Below are positions 7,240-15,569 of a stretch of 23,907 nucleotides of DNA, piece by piece (the stretch's first letter is position 1; every line of letters starts with the position of its first letter). This DNA comes from Candidatus Thorarchaeota archaeon. Its GTDB lineage: Archaea > Asgardarchaeota > Thorarchaeia > Thorarchaeales > Thorarchaeaceae. Location: positions 1 through 23,907 of the forward strand of contig PRDJ01000076.1 of assembly GCA_003345555.1 (NCBI GenBank), in the 5' to 3' direction. The notes below the pieces were generated by a model. The model had not been told where the DNA came from. It saw nothing but the letters and a program-made list of their open reading frames with translations, and made no database searches. The position numbers and the translations under genes are program-made.

Positions 7240-7590
7240 TCAGAAAGTCAGAACAACCTCGTTCTCACTCAGCAACGCACCTATACCTTCAGCGTCCACT
7301 AAGTCCACTCCCTCTAAGATATCCTCGCGCGTGATACTTCTCTCATCCATAGACCTCTTGCTTGCACATATGCGGCCCCCGAAACCCTTGTACGTTGACT
7401 TGAACATCCGAATGGGTTTGTCATCCATCGTTTTCATCAGTGAATAAACCCCGTCACCCAAGAAAAGAAGTGTAGGTTGATGATCCATTCCATACATACC
7501 CACGGCCGCTCGCCAGCCCTCAAAACTCGTAATCTTGCCAAAGGGCTTGCTTCGCACTACTATCAGCACCTTTCGTTCTTTGAATTGCAC
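7240..7590 (-). CDS. dsrF: DsrF/TusC family protein
   Basis: VLIVVRSKPFG...EGWRAA...LLFLGDGVYSL...SMDERSI...DLV...LLSENEVVLTF. GTG start 8 nt after AGGAGG. Confidence 0.85.
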   Translation of the reverse strand: MQFKERKVLIVVRSKPFGKITSFEGWRAAVGMYGMDHQPTLLFLGDGVYSLMKTMDDKPIRMFKSTYKGFGGRICASKRSMDERSITREDILEGVDLVDAEGIGALLSENEVVLTF

Positions 7591-7602
7591 GTCATCGTCC
7601 TC

Positions 7603-7968
7603 CTAGATCGTGAACGTGACAAACCTGTCACACTGACCGACAATCTCTCCGAACTCGGTAAGACCAGACACGGTCACCCCTTGGACAAAGTCACTGCCAT
7701 CCTGAGCGAACCCTCGGGCTGAAGTGCAGAGACCACAGGCTTGGAACTCTACGCCTGCGTCGGCGAGCTCTTGGAACATCTGATTCATTGGTCGCTCAGG
7801 GTCCGGATCCTGATTGAGCTTAGCGTTATTTACCCCATCTATGAATAGAAAGACCTTTACCTTGTGCCCCTTGAAAATAGCGGCCTTTGCAAGCTCGTAC
7901 AGAGTACGGCTGTTCTCAAAAGTGTAGGGTCCTGTTTCAAGTAAGAAGCCAAGGATTCTGCTTTCCAC
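7603..7968 (-). CDS. dsrE: DsrE/TusD family sulfurtransferase
   Basis: GPYTFEN...AKAAIFKGHKVKVFLFIDGVNNA...VEFQACGLCTSARG, including the conserved persulfide-carrying Cys region. First gene of a three-gene operon. Confidence 0.88.
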   Translation of the reverse strand: MESRILGFLLETGPYTFENSRTLYELAKAAIFKGHKVKVFLFIDGVNNAKLNQDPDPERPMNQMFQELADAGVEFQACGLCTSARGFAQDGSDFVQGVTVSGLTEFGEIVGQCDRFVTFTI

Positions 7969-8084
7969 GTCAAATCGACCTCTTTGACGGTGGTTGCCCC
8001 TTCCTCTCAGTTAAAAACCAATCCAAAACCAAAAGAGCATGATAATGTCATTGTTTTTGCACCCCCGGGGCGGGATTCCGGTAA

Positions 8085-9155
8085 ATGACCAAGACAATCA
8101 TATCATACCACACGAAAGACGGCGCGGCGCGGCAGGCTGAATTTGAAGAAAATACCACATCCTTCGATTTGAGCCGACTGGGGGCCATGGACATTGATCT
8201 AGGCCCAATATCCGAGACCGCCAATCTAGAGGAACTTCTGCTAGCCTCGAACAAGCTGAAGACCGTCAGTCTGACACCCTTGGCCAACTGCTCCAGCCTC
8301 CAAGTGCTTAGTCTTCTGAAGAACCGTCTGCAGGATCTCAGTCTCAAGGGGCTTGAGGGTTGTACCGCACTTAGGGAACTCAATCTTGGCGGCAATGAAC
8401 TCAAGAGGATTGACTTGGGTCCACTTGGAAAGTGCATGAGTCTTGAACGACTTAGATTGTTCGGCAACCAGATTGAGAAACTAGACCTGAAGCCATTGTC
8501 GAAATGCACGAACCTTCAGTACCTAGAACTCGAAACAAATCACCTAGAGAAAATCGACTTGGGCCCACTACGAGAGTGTCGCAACCTCGTACAATTGAAC
8601 TTGATGTACAATTCACTCACCGAGATTAACCTCGGACCGCTGAAGGCTTGCAGCAGACTGAAGTTCCTCTATGTGCAGCACAATGCCTTGAGCACTCTGG
8701 ACCTGAGCCCGTTGGAGAGCTGCAAGGATCTTACTATTCTCAGACTTGGAAACAATGACATCAAGTCAATAGATTTGGACCCGATGTCCAAATGCTTAGG
8801 TCTCAGACGACTTGAACTCGCAATGAACAATCTCCAGTCGCTCGATCTCACCCCGCTTTCGAACTGTACGGAACTCAGAGGACTGGACATAGCAGGGAAC
8901 CTACTGACATCGATAGATCTGTCACCTCTATCTGAATGCGAAGCTCTTGAGGAACTCTATCTCTTCTCTGACCATCCTCACGAGAATCAGTTTGCTGAAC
9001 TGGACCTGACACCTCTCTTCTCATGCAAGAACCTTGAAGACATAGGTTTGCCTGAAACAGTAGACTTGACGGCCGAATCATCGGTGAAAGGGCGAAAGGA
9101 TATTCCTTCGGCTCTCAGAGAACTTATTGACGAAGAAAGAATCAGCTGGGTCTGA
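8085..9155 (+). CDS. Leucine-rich repeat protein (11 x 24-aa repeats, consensus LxxLxLxxNxLxxIDLxPLxxCxx)
   Basis: Ten regular 24-aa repeats from residue 48, an 11th with a 5-aa insertion (SDHPHEN), and short caps. No signal peptide or TM segment seen. Confidence 0.92.
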   Translation: MTKTIISYHTKDGAARQAEFEENTTSFDLSRLGAMDIDLGPISETANLEELLLASNKLKTVSLTPLANCSSLQVLSLLKNRLQDLSLKGLEGCTALRELNLGGNELKRIDLGPLGKCMSLERLRLFGNQIEKLDLKPLSKCTNLQYLELETNHLEKIDLGPLRECRNLVQLNLMYNSLTEINLGPLKACSRLKFLYVQHNALSTLDLSPLESCKDLTILRLGNNDIKSIDLDPMSKCLGLRRLELAMNNLQSLDLTPLSNCTELRGLDIAGNLLTSIDLSPLSECEALEELYLFSDHPHENQFAELDLTPLFSCKNLEDIGLPETVDLTAESSVKGRKDIPSALRELIDEERISWV

Positions 9156-9385
9156 CACAAATACATGCGCATAGTGTTTCTGCAAGAGCTGACTTCTTCG
9201 CTGTCTTGTCAATGGTACTAAAGAGCGCGTCTTGGGAATGCAAGCACTTTCAGTCTCATTCGGCGCCCTTTCAAGGCACAACACAGAGTTTCGATTGTTT
9301 TGTCCGTCAATGATATATATGACAATAATACCGCAGACGATATCGGCGCTTAAATGCCCTAGTATGCAATGAATAGCTGATGTGA

Positions 9386-9613
9386 ATGTCGACCATTGAT
9401 CTTCGTGTGAAAGAGCTGAGGAGACTTGCTGCGCTATACGAAGAGTATCTTAATTCGCCTCTAGGCAAAGGGGTACTCGACAGACTGCGAGAGGGTGAGT
9501 CTTACGTGATGAAGACTCAAGATGATGTTATTCAATTCACAAAGACACAGGGCAAAGCCGTTGTTCAGGTCATGAAGGGCGGCCCACAGAAAGCTACGAC
9601 CGTGACTCGCTAG
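9386..9613 (+). CDS. Small hypothetical protein (75 aa)
   Basis: ATG start, protein-like composition (helix followed by beta strands), and it fills an otherwise empty gap. 20-nt convergent overlap with the methyltransferase. Confidence 0.55.
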   Translation: MSTIDLRVKELRRLAALYEEYLNSPLGKGVLDRLREGESYVMKTQDDVIQFTKTQGKAVVQVMKGGPQKATTVTR

Positions 9614-10412
9614 GGACTGCCTTCTCGGCTAAGAAGAGAAGGTAGGTCGCACGGTGGTTCGCAGGGCCGTGCCATCGTATCAATGATTCTGCCCGAGCCA
9701 TCAGTCTTTGTTTTAGACCGAAGTGCATAGTATTCGACTGAACGTAAGAAGGTCGTACCAAATAGAACACTCCTCCGACCTTCGTCAGACTGAGACCTGA
9801 CTCACTCAGCGCAGCTTCGACCTCATCCCGAGTGTAGAATCGGGTCCATACGGCCCTTCCCACTTCTTTCATCTCAATCTTCTTCCACGGGGCCCTTGCA
9901 GAGCGGGCGTCTCCCTGCATTCCTTGAATGCCCATTCTGCTGGCAAGAGAAATGAAAAGTCGACAGCGGGCAGAGAGAACATGGCCGACCCCCTGTATTG
10001 CCGCTCTCAGGTCTCTGACATGATTGAATGCGCCGAAAGCTGAGTATGCAAAATCGAAGGCCCCCGACAGAGGAGGCAATTCCTCTATGTTGGCAACAAG
10101 GAACTGGGTTCGCGATTGGACGTTGGCTTCTGCGGCCTTGCGTCTCGCAATCGCTACCATCTCAGGTGATATGTCAACACCTACCACGTCGTTGCCCCGA
10201 TTCGCAAGCTTGACTGCTAGTGACCCTGTGCCGCACCCCAGATCGAGCAATCTCATTTGCCTCCCTCTCGTGCACCTGTCGATGATTGACCACTCTATCT
10301 GTTTCATGTACTCGATGCTAGGGTTTCTGTACTTCAGGTCATAGATAGGAGCTAGGCTATCATAGAACTGCACAAGGTTTTTGCCAAGTGTATCCTTTGA
10401 TGGCTCTGTCAA
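9594..10412 (-). CDS. Class I SAM-dependent methyltransferase
   Basis: Motif I RLLDLGCGTGSLA, VVGVDISPEMVAIA, FLVANIEELP...FDFAYSAFGAFNH. TTG start with a GGAG upstream. Confidence 0.9.
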   Translation of the reverse strand: MTEPSKDTLGKNLVQFYDSLAPIYDLKYRNPSIEYMKQIEWSIIDRCTRGRQMRLLDLGCGTGSLAVKLANRGNDVVGVDISPEMVAIARRKAAEANVQSRTQFLVANIEELPPLSGAFDFAYSAFGAFNHVRDLRAAIQGVGHVLSARCRLFISLASRMGIQGMQGDARSARAPWKKIEMKEVGRAVWTRFYTRDEVEAALSESGLSLTKVGGVFYLVRPSYVQSNTMHFGLKQRLMARAESLIRWHGPANHRATYLLFLAEKAVPSESRS

Positions 10413-10511
10413 CCTACCCTTCTCCTCGCTGCCTCTTGTCTTCCTGCATTCTGACCTATCAAAGTGGATATATGTCTGAGCGCAATTAAGCTAACGACAG
10501 GGTCGAAGCGT

Positions 10512-11165
10512 ATGGTCGTGGAGATTGATGAGCCGACAAGGCAGCAGCTGCTGCATATCCTAGGCGGGCTTGATCAGGAGGTGACTATTCACTTATTCAC
10601 CGAGGGCACAGAATGCCTGTTCTGCAACGATACAAGCGACCTCGTGAACAAAGTATCTGCGCTCTCAGAGAAAATCAGGGTTGTTCCTCATCAGGGCCCT
10701 CAGAAGAAAGGAAAGAACCCCTTCGGTGTTCAGCGCACTCCCGCGATAGTGATGCATGGCGCGAAGGAATACAAGGTGAAGTTCTATGGAATTCCTGTCG
10801 GCCACGAATTCGGTGCCTTCGTTACAGGCATCGTGGACGTCTCAACCGGTGCGAGTGCACTCGCGCCAGATATCGCTGAGGACATCAAAGCCATTGCCAA
10901 GCCTATCAATGTCAAGGTGTTCACAACCCCCCAATGCCCGTATTGTCCCCAGATGGTCAGGCTCACTTGGCAGGCAGCGATTCTCAACCCTCTCATAGAA
11001 GGGGAGGTCTACGAGTCTCTCGAGTTTCAGGACCTTGTGACGCGCTATGAGGTGTTCGGGACTCCAAAAACCGTAATCAACGAGAAGTTCGTATTGGAAG
11101 GATTGGCCCCGCCCGGGATGTTCGTAGATAAGCTGTATGAAGCGATCGGGGGAAGCACCGCGTGA
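10512..11165 (+). CDS. Protein disulfide oxidoreductase (PDO; two thioredoxin folds, AhpF N-terminal-domain-like)
   Basis: Two CxxC motifs (ECLFCN, QCPYCP), RTPAI, FYGIPVGHEFGAF, V.GTPKTVIN. Start moved to the ATG at 10512. Confidence 0.9.
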   Translation: MVVEIDEPTRQQLLHILGGLDQEVTIHLFTEGTECLFCNDTSDLVNKVSALSEKIRVVPHQGPQKKGKNPFGVQRTPAIVMHGAKEYKVKFYGIPVGHEFGAFVTGIVDVSTGASALAPDIAEDIKAIAKPINVKVFTTPQCPYCPQMVRLTWQAAILNPLIEGEVYESLEFQDLVTRYEVFGTPKTVINEKFVLEGLAPPGMFVDKLYEAIGGSTA

Positions 11166-11181
11166 TTGCAGACAGCGGATT

Positions 11182-11210
11182 GAGCTCGACTTAAGCTGCG
11201 TCGAAAGCTC
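11182..11210. terminator. Hairpin between convergent PDO and trxB genes (possible bidirectional terminator)
   Basis: GAGC-TCGAC / loop TTAAGCTGC / GTCGA-(AA bulge)-GCTC. Confidence 0.3.
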
Positions 11211-11229
11211 CCCTGACGCGTCCTACAAT

Positions 11230-12168
11230 TCACTCTGACTGCTGACAAGTGAAGACAAATCCATGTTCGCTTATGAAACGGTACGCTTGGTATGCGGCAT
11301 GGACACCCTCAGACACTCCCGTTATTGCCTGCTTGAACTCTGTGTCCGTGACGTCGCCTGCGGCGAAGACGCCTGATACGTTAGTATAACTTGAGCGGTC
11401 GATTATGATCTCACCCTTTGGGTTCAGCGCAACCCCCAGCTTCTTTGCCAAGTCCGAAACGGGAATCCCGCCAATCGATATGAAGACACCCTGGACGCTG
11501 AGCGTGTTGTTTCCTTCGAAAGGCTTGTCTAACTTGACAGAGTTGACGCTTTGATCTCCCTGTATCGCCGTCACGTTAGTGCCAGTGATAACCTGAATCT
11601 TGGGCTCCTTCTCGACACGGACACCATTGATTGGTTCAGGTCTTATTCTCTCGCCGCGGTAAATCATGTAAATCTTCTTGCAGTATCGGGCTAGGAGAAG
11701 AGCTTCTTTCGCTGCGCTGTCACTACCTCCTATCACGGCTACCACTCTGTCTTTGAACAAAGGGGCGTCACACAGGGCACAATATGATACGCCCTTGTTC
11801 CTGAACTCGGAGTGACCCGGGACCTCAAGTTCTTTTTCTTTCATACCAGTTGCAATGAGAATTGACTTGGCCAAGAATGTCTTGTTCCCGGTGACGACGT
11901 AAAACAACCCCTCTTTGTTCCTGAATAGGTCTTCAACCTTCGCTGATTCGGTGTCCACGGGATACCCCAAGGCATGTGTCTTCAGCTTCTCGGCGAGGTC
12001 CTTTCCGGTTAGCTGGGCAAACCCGGGATAATTCGCCACATCATCTGTTAGTGTAATCTTTCCCCCGTCTGTCTCACCGATTACAATGCATGACATGTTC
12101 AATCGAGCCGCGTACATCGCAGCCGCGTACCCTGTCACGCCAGCCCCTATCACCGCAAAGTCATACAC
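11230..12168 (-). CDS. trxB: Thioredoxin-disulfide reductase (low-molecular-weight, NAD(P)H type)
   Basis: FAD motif VIGAGVTG, NYPGF, active site GVSYCALCDAP, pyridine-nucleotide motif VAVIGGSDSA followed by IYRG, and GVFAAGDVT...QAITG. GTG start overlaps the upstream TAG (TAGTG). Confidence 0.93.
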   Translation of the reverse strand: MYDFAVIGAGVTGYAAAMYAARLNMSCIVIGETDGGKITLTDDVANYPGFAQLTGKDLAEKLKTHALGYPVDTESAKVEDLFRNKEGLFYVVTGNKTFLAKSILIATGMKEKELEVPGHSEFRNKGVSYCALCDAPLFKDRVVAVIGGSDSAAKEALLLARYCKKIYMIYRGERIRPEPINGVRVEKEPKIQVITGTNVTAIQGDQSVNSVKLDKPFEGNNTLSVQGVFISIGGIPVSDLAKKLGVALNPKGEIIIDRSSYTNVSGVFAAGDVTDTEFKQAITGVSEGVHAAYQAYRFISEHGFVFTCQQSE

Positions 12169-12416
12169 TATTGTTTCCCTCCGAGCCTTCTCTCCAGTCT
12201 TCGCTGTATTCGGGCATCAAAACCGACAAAGACCTCGCCATCTATGACAGCAACCGGCACAGCTCTCTGTCTGCTTACCGCAATCAGTTCCGCAAAGAGG
12301 TCCGGACTGGTCAGGACGCATTTTTCTTCAATGGCGACTCCCTTATCAAGAAAGAACTTCCTCATCTTCTTCGAATGAGGGCATTCAGGCGCCGTGTAGA
12401 TGACTGCTTTGGCCAT
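12168..12416 (-). CDS. Glutaredoxin/NrdH-like redoxin with monothiol CPHS motif
   Basis: AVIYTAPECPHSKKMRKFF...RAVPVAVIDGEVFVGFD. ATG at 12416 with GGAG upstream. Translationally coupled to trxB. Confidence 0.85.
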   Translation of the reverse strand: MAKAVIYTAPECPHSKKMRKFFLDKGVAIEEKCVLTSPDLFAELIAVSRQRAVPVAVIDGEVFVGFDARIQRRLERRLGGKQ

Positions 12417-12589
12417 GTTGCCACACTCCATGTGAAAAGGCACGATTGGACAGAAAGATGATGTCTTGCCGGCCACGGGTAAGCAGAGTCAAATATAGCT
12501 TGTGCAACAAACTTTTAGGTCGCTAGATGGGTAAACATCTTAAGTCCGACCAGCACCGAATAGCACAGCCAACCCCTGGAGGAGCAGAG

Positions 12590-13066
12590 ATGGACAAGAC
12601 ACAAACCTTGGCTTTCATCACGAAGGCAATCGATATGGAAAACAAGATCGTGGCCATTGTTGAGCAGAATACATCAAAACTAGGTCACGTCTTTGTGAAA
12701 GACCTGCTGCTCGCTATCTCACAAGATTCGAAGAAACATGCTGCACTCTTGAGATCATTACAGGAAGCAGTCAAGGGTCCGACACCATTCATTACACAAC
12801 GAGAGCGTGATGCCATTGCGAAGGGCATCGAAGAACACATCAAACTCGAAGCAAAGGCAATTGAGACCTATGCGGAATTAGCAGACAAGAGCGACAATCA
12901 ACAGGTAAAGATTATCGCCCAAGTGATCAGAGAAGACGAGCTCAGACACCATGCCTTGCTCAAGGAACTGCACAAGACCGTGATTGAACCTGAGACACTC
13001 ACTGAAGACATAATCTACGAACTCATCTGGAAAGATGCTCCTTGGCACGGGACACCCGGTGGGTGA
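12590..13066 (+). CDS. Ferritin-like (rubrerythrin-type four-helix bundle) protein
   Basis: Internal duplication E17...DSKKH / E87...DELRHH. GGAGG SD before the ATG at 12590. C-terminal PWHGTPGG. Confidence 0.8.
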   Translation: MDKTQTLAFITKAIDMENKIVAIVEQNTSKLGHVFVKDLLLAISQDSKKHAALLRSLQEAVKGPTPFITQRERDAIAKGIEEHIKLEAKAIETYAELADKSDNQQVKIIAQVIREDELRHHALLKELHKTVIEPETLTEDIIYELIWKDAPWHGTPGG

Positions 13067-13180
13067 GCATAGACCATCCACGAATTGTGCGGCTCTGTCC
13101 CTATCTGAGGATATTGCCTACGGTGTGTCTCCGCAGGCATGGCACAAGCATCCATAGCGGGGCTACGCACTGTCGACCTA

Positions 13181-13200
13181 TCGACGGAATCGTCCGTTGA
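13181..13200. terminator. Hairpin between convergent ferritin-like and GTPase genes
   Basis: TCGACGGA-ATCG-TCCGTTGA, an 8-bp stem with one G-U pair. Confidence 0.3.
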
Positions 13201-13241
13201 CGATTAGCCAGGCGTTTTGTGTCCGGGTAGTCCGAAGCTAA

Positions 13242-13790
13242 CTATGCTGTTCCAGAGACGGAGTCAACTATCTCTCTGAAATGCAAATCGAGCTGCTGCA
13301 TCCCGATGCCAGTCTTTGCAGATACGAGGGCTGAATACGTTCCGAACTTTGAGCAGAATTCACCCATCTCACGCTCAATCTCATGAAGAGAACCGGGTGT
13401 CAAGTCGATTTTGTTGCCGACAAGGATGAACCGTTTGCCGTCCCCCTTTGCCAAATTGAACGGTCCGTATTTCTCTGCCGTAGGCACCCAGTAACGATAC
13501 AGGTTCTCAAGGCTGGACATCCGCGTAACGTCGAAGAAGAACAGGCCAATCTTTGCGCCCCTTATCATGCCCTTCAACGTCTCGATGAAGCGCTCTTGGC
13601 CACCAAAGTCCCAAATGCTGAGAACGCATTCCCCTCTGTTAGGCGTTCTGATTTTCACAGTATCAAATGAGGCACCCACTGTCGTTCTTAGTAGCGAAGG
13701 ATCTGGAAAGGTCCCCCGCGTCCATCTGGACGTAAACGAAGTCTTGCCAACTTCGGTATCACCCAAAACGACGACCTTGATAATGCCCAT
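13242..13790 (-). CDS. Rab/Roc-like small GTPase with intact G1-G5 motifs
   Basis: G1 GDTEVGKTS, G2 TTVGASF, G3 WDFGGQERF, G4 VGNKID, G5 SAKTG. No C-terminal cysteine/CAAX motif. Confidence 0.93.
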   Translation of the reverse strand: MGIIKVVVLGDTEVGKTSFTSRWTRGTFPDPSLLRTTVGASFDTVKIRTPNRGECVLSIWDFGGQERFIETLKGMIRGAKIGLFFFDVTRMSSLENLYRYWVPTAEKYGPFNLAKGDGKRFILVGNKIDLTPGSLHEIEREMGEFCSKFGTYSALVSAKTGIGMQQLDLHFREIVDSVSGTA

Positions 13791-13792
13791 CG

Positions 13793-15181
13793 CTACTTCC
13801 TCGTTCGTCCGTCAATATGATTCGATTGCGCCTTCCCGAATACAACGAACCCCCTCGGACTGCTAGCAATCAACAGTAATCCGGCTCCAATCATGAGGGG
13901 CACAAGCAGAAGCAGAGGTATTCTGTTGGCAAACATGGCGACTATTCCTATTGCGAGAGATGCAAACATGAATGACTCGAATCTTGCTCCAGCTTTTCCT
14001 GAACCGGTGCGATACAACTGAATGGCCACGCGAGAAAGCCCCAGAAAGCCGAGAAGAATCAGAATCATGACAGGGACGTAGAGCGGGTCTAGGACGTATC
14101 TACCATTTTCGACAAAGGGATGACCAAGAGTCAGCAGAATCGTGCAAAACCCAAATGCAATATCCCTAGAAGCATTCCGTATCTGCTCTGAGACGTTCGC
14201 TGAGACCGCGGCCATCAGGAAAGCGCATACTCCCGAGACCCCGAAGATCCAGTCAATGTACAAAATGGATGGGTCCCAGACATCATACCCGATGATGCCA
14301 GAATAGGCTATGGCGAAGTTGTTCGAGTGCGTTATTGCCAGTAAGGCAACAAATACGAGCGTATAACTGATGTAAGTAGGGGTCTTTGCTCTCGTTGATT
14401 GTGCTTGATCAATGAAGAATTCCATCGGCAGCACTGTGCATCCACCCGCAAAGGCTGCGACAGTAGCGAATGCCCAGATATCCACGTCGCCTCCGATGTA
14501 GGCTGGGAGTGCCAAGCTTATGCCAACAGTAAGTGCAAGTAAGACGATGGACAGAGTAATGATTCTTCTCCAGGGCCTCAAAAACGATCCGAGAATTGCA
14601 GCAGTGAGAACCGCAGGTGCAGCCACCAACACGAAGTACTGAGGCAACAGCGTAGGAACCTGGATTGCGACGGAGACGGCTGCGATGAGGGCCAACAGGA
14701 TTAGCGCCATAATTGATACAGTGAATGCTGAAGGTGACACCTTCATGAGATAGAGGCCCGCAGTGACAGCACAGACCAGAAAAGAAGCTAGGACTGCCAC
14801 TGTCAACGGCTGCTCAATGACACCGGATGTCAGGAAGGTATAGACTGTGTTCACGGCAACAACAGCGATACCCAGAAAGATCACTGCCGAAAGCGTCCAG
14901 AATCTCCTGTCAGAGGATACTATCAAGCTCATCTGAGCAATAAGCAGGAGTCCGAACAAGACAGCTATCCATATCGGAGCAAGGAATGTCTCAATCACAC
15001 TTTGAATCTCTAGAACACCCATAACTAGACTAGCTATGAGGAAAATCAAGAGTGCCCGCACAGTCTGTGAAGAGACCTTTCGGTAAGTACTTCTAAGTCT
15101 GAGAGTATAGACACCTGCTGCCAAGAACACTTCTAGGCTTGATATGACGACAGCTACGTACAGAGACAGGGTGAAATCCAT
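13793..15181 (-). CDS. Polytopic integral membrane protein of unknown function (~14-15 TM segments)
   Basis: 462 aa of almost continuous hydrophobic segments with short loops. AGGAGG SD. Its stop lies 2 nt before the GTPase ATG. Confidence 0.85.
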   Translation of the reverse strand: MDFTLSLYVAVVISSLEVFLAAGVYTLRLRSTYRKVSSQTVRALLIFLIASLVMGVLEIQSVIETFLAPIWIAVLFGLLLIAQMSLIVSSDRRFWTLSAVIFLGIAVVAVNTVYTFLTSGVIEQPLTVAVLASFLVCAVTAGLYLMKVSPSAFTVSIMALILLALIAAVSVAIQVPTLLPQYFVLVAAPAVLTAAILGSFLRPWRRIITLSIVLLALTVGISLALPAYIGGDVDIWAFATVAAFAGGCTVLPMEFFIDQAQSTRAKTPTYISYTLVFVALLAITHSNNFAIAYSGIIGYDVWDPSILYIDWIFGVSGVCAFLMAAVSANVSEQIRNASRDIAFGFCTILLTLGHPFVENGRYVLDPLYVPVMILILLGFLGLSRVAIQLYRTGSGKAGARFESFMFASLAIGIVAMFANRIPLLLLVPLMIGAGLLLIASSPRGFVVFGKAQSNHIDGRTRK

Positions 15182-15198
15182 CGACTCGATTCCTCCTT

Positions 15199-15555
15199 CT
15201 ATCTCCAGAGGTCTCCGATTTCCTTCCCTCTTGCTTTGACAGTCTTCTCGATTCTAGATCTTAGCTCCTCACGCGAGCCGCTCGAACTTGTGAGCACAGC
15301 CTTTAGAGCTTCGCCCGTCTCGGTCTCCGTATCCCCTTCACAAATGATAATCCGCCCGTCCACGGTACAGTAGCCAATGACACCTTTGTCAGACTTCATG
15401 AACCTAGGCACCTTGATGGGCGCGTCTCGCATGCCAGATCTTTCAAGTGCTGCAGAAACGAGCTGCACAATCCCCGTCAATAGCGCAATCCTCTCTTCTT
15501 CTACCTGCTCATGCGGATAAAGAACCGTGGAACTCATGTCGGCAAGTTTCACCAA
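15199..15555 (-). CDS. Longin/roadblock-like small alpha/beta protein
   Basis: Pattern of short strands, helix ALLTGIVQLVSAAL, three strands (PRFMKSD, VIGYCTVD, IIICEGD) and two C-terminal helices fits the longin topology. The start is uncertain (TTG at 15555, or upstream). Confidence 0.5.
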   Translation of the reverse strand: MVKLADMSSTVLYPHEQVEEERIALLTGIVQLVSAALERSGMRDAPIKVPRFMKSDKGVIGYCTVDGRIIICEGDTETETGEALKAVLTSSSGSREELRSRIEKTVKARGKEIGDLWR

Positions 15556-15569
15556 CGCGACCAGACGTA

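Noticed and set aside
11191-11232. Selenocysteine read-through of the trxB TGA, with the 11182-11210 hairpin as SECIS
   Set aside because: The extension (IVGRVRGAFDAA*) has no redox motif such as GCUG. The hairpin lacks a recognisable SECIS core and is adequately explained as a terminator between convergent genes.
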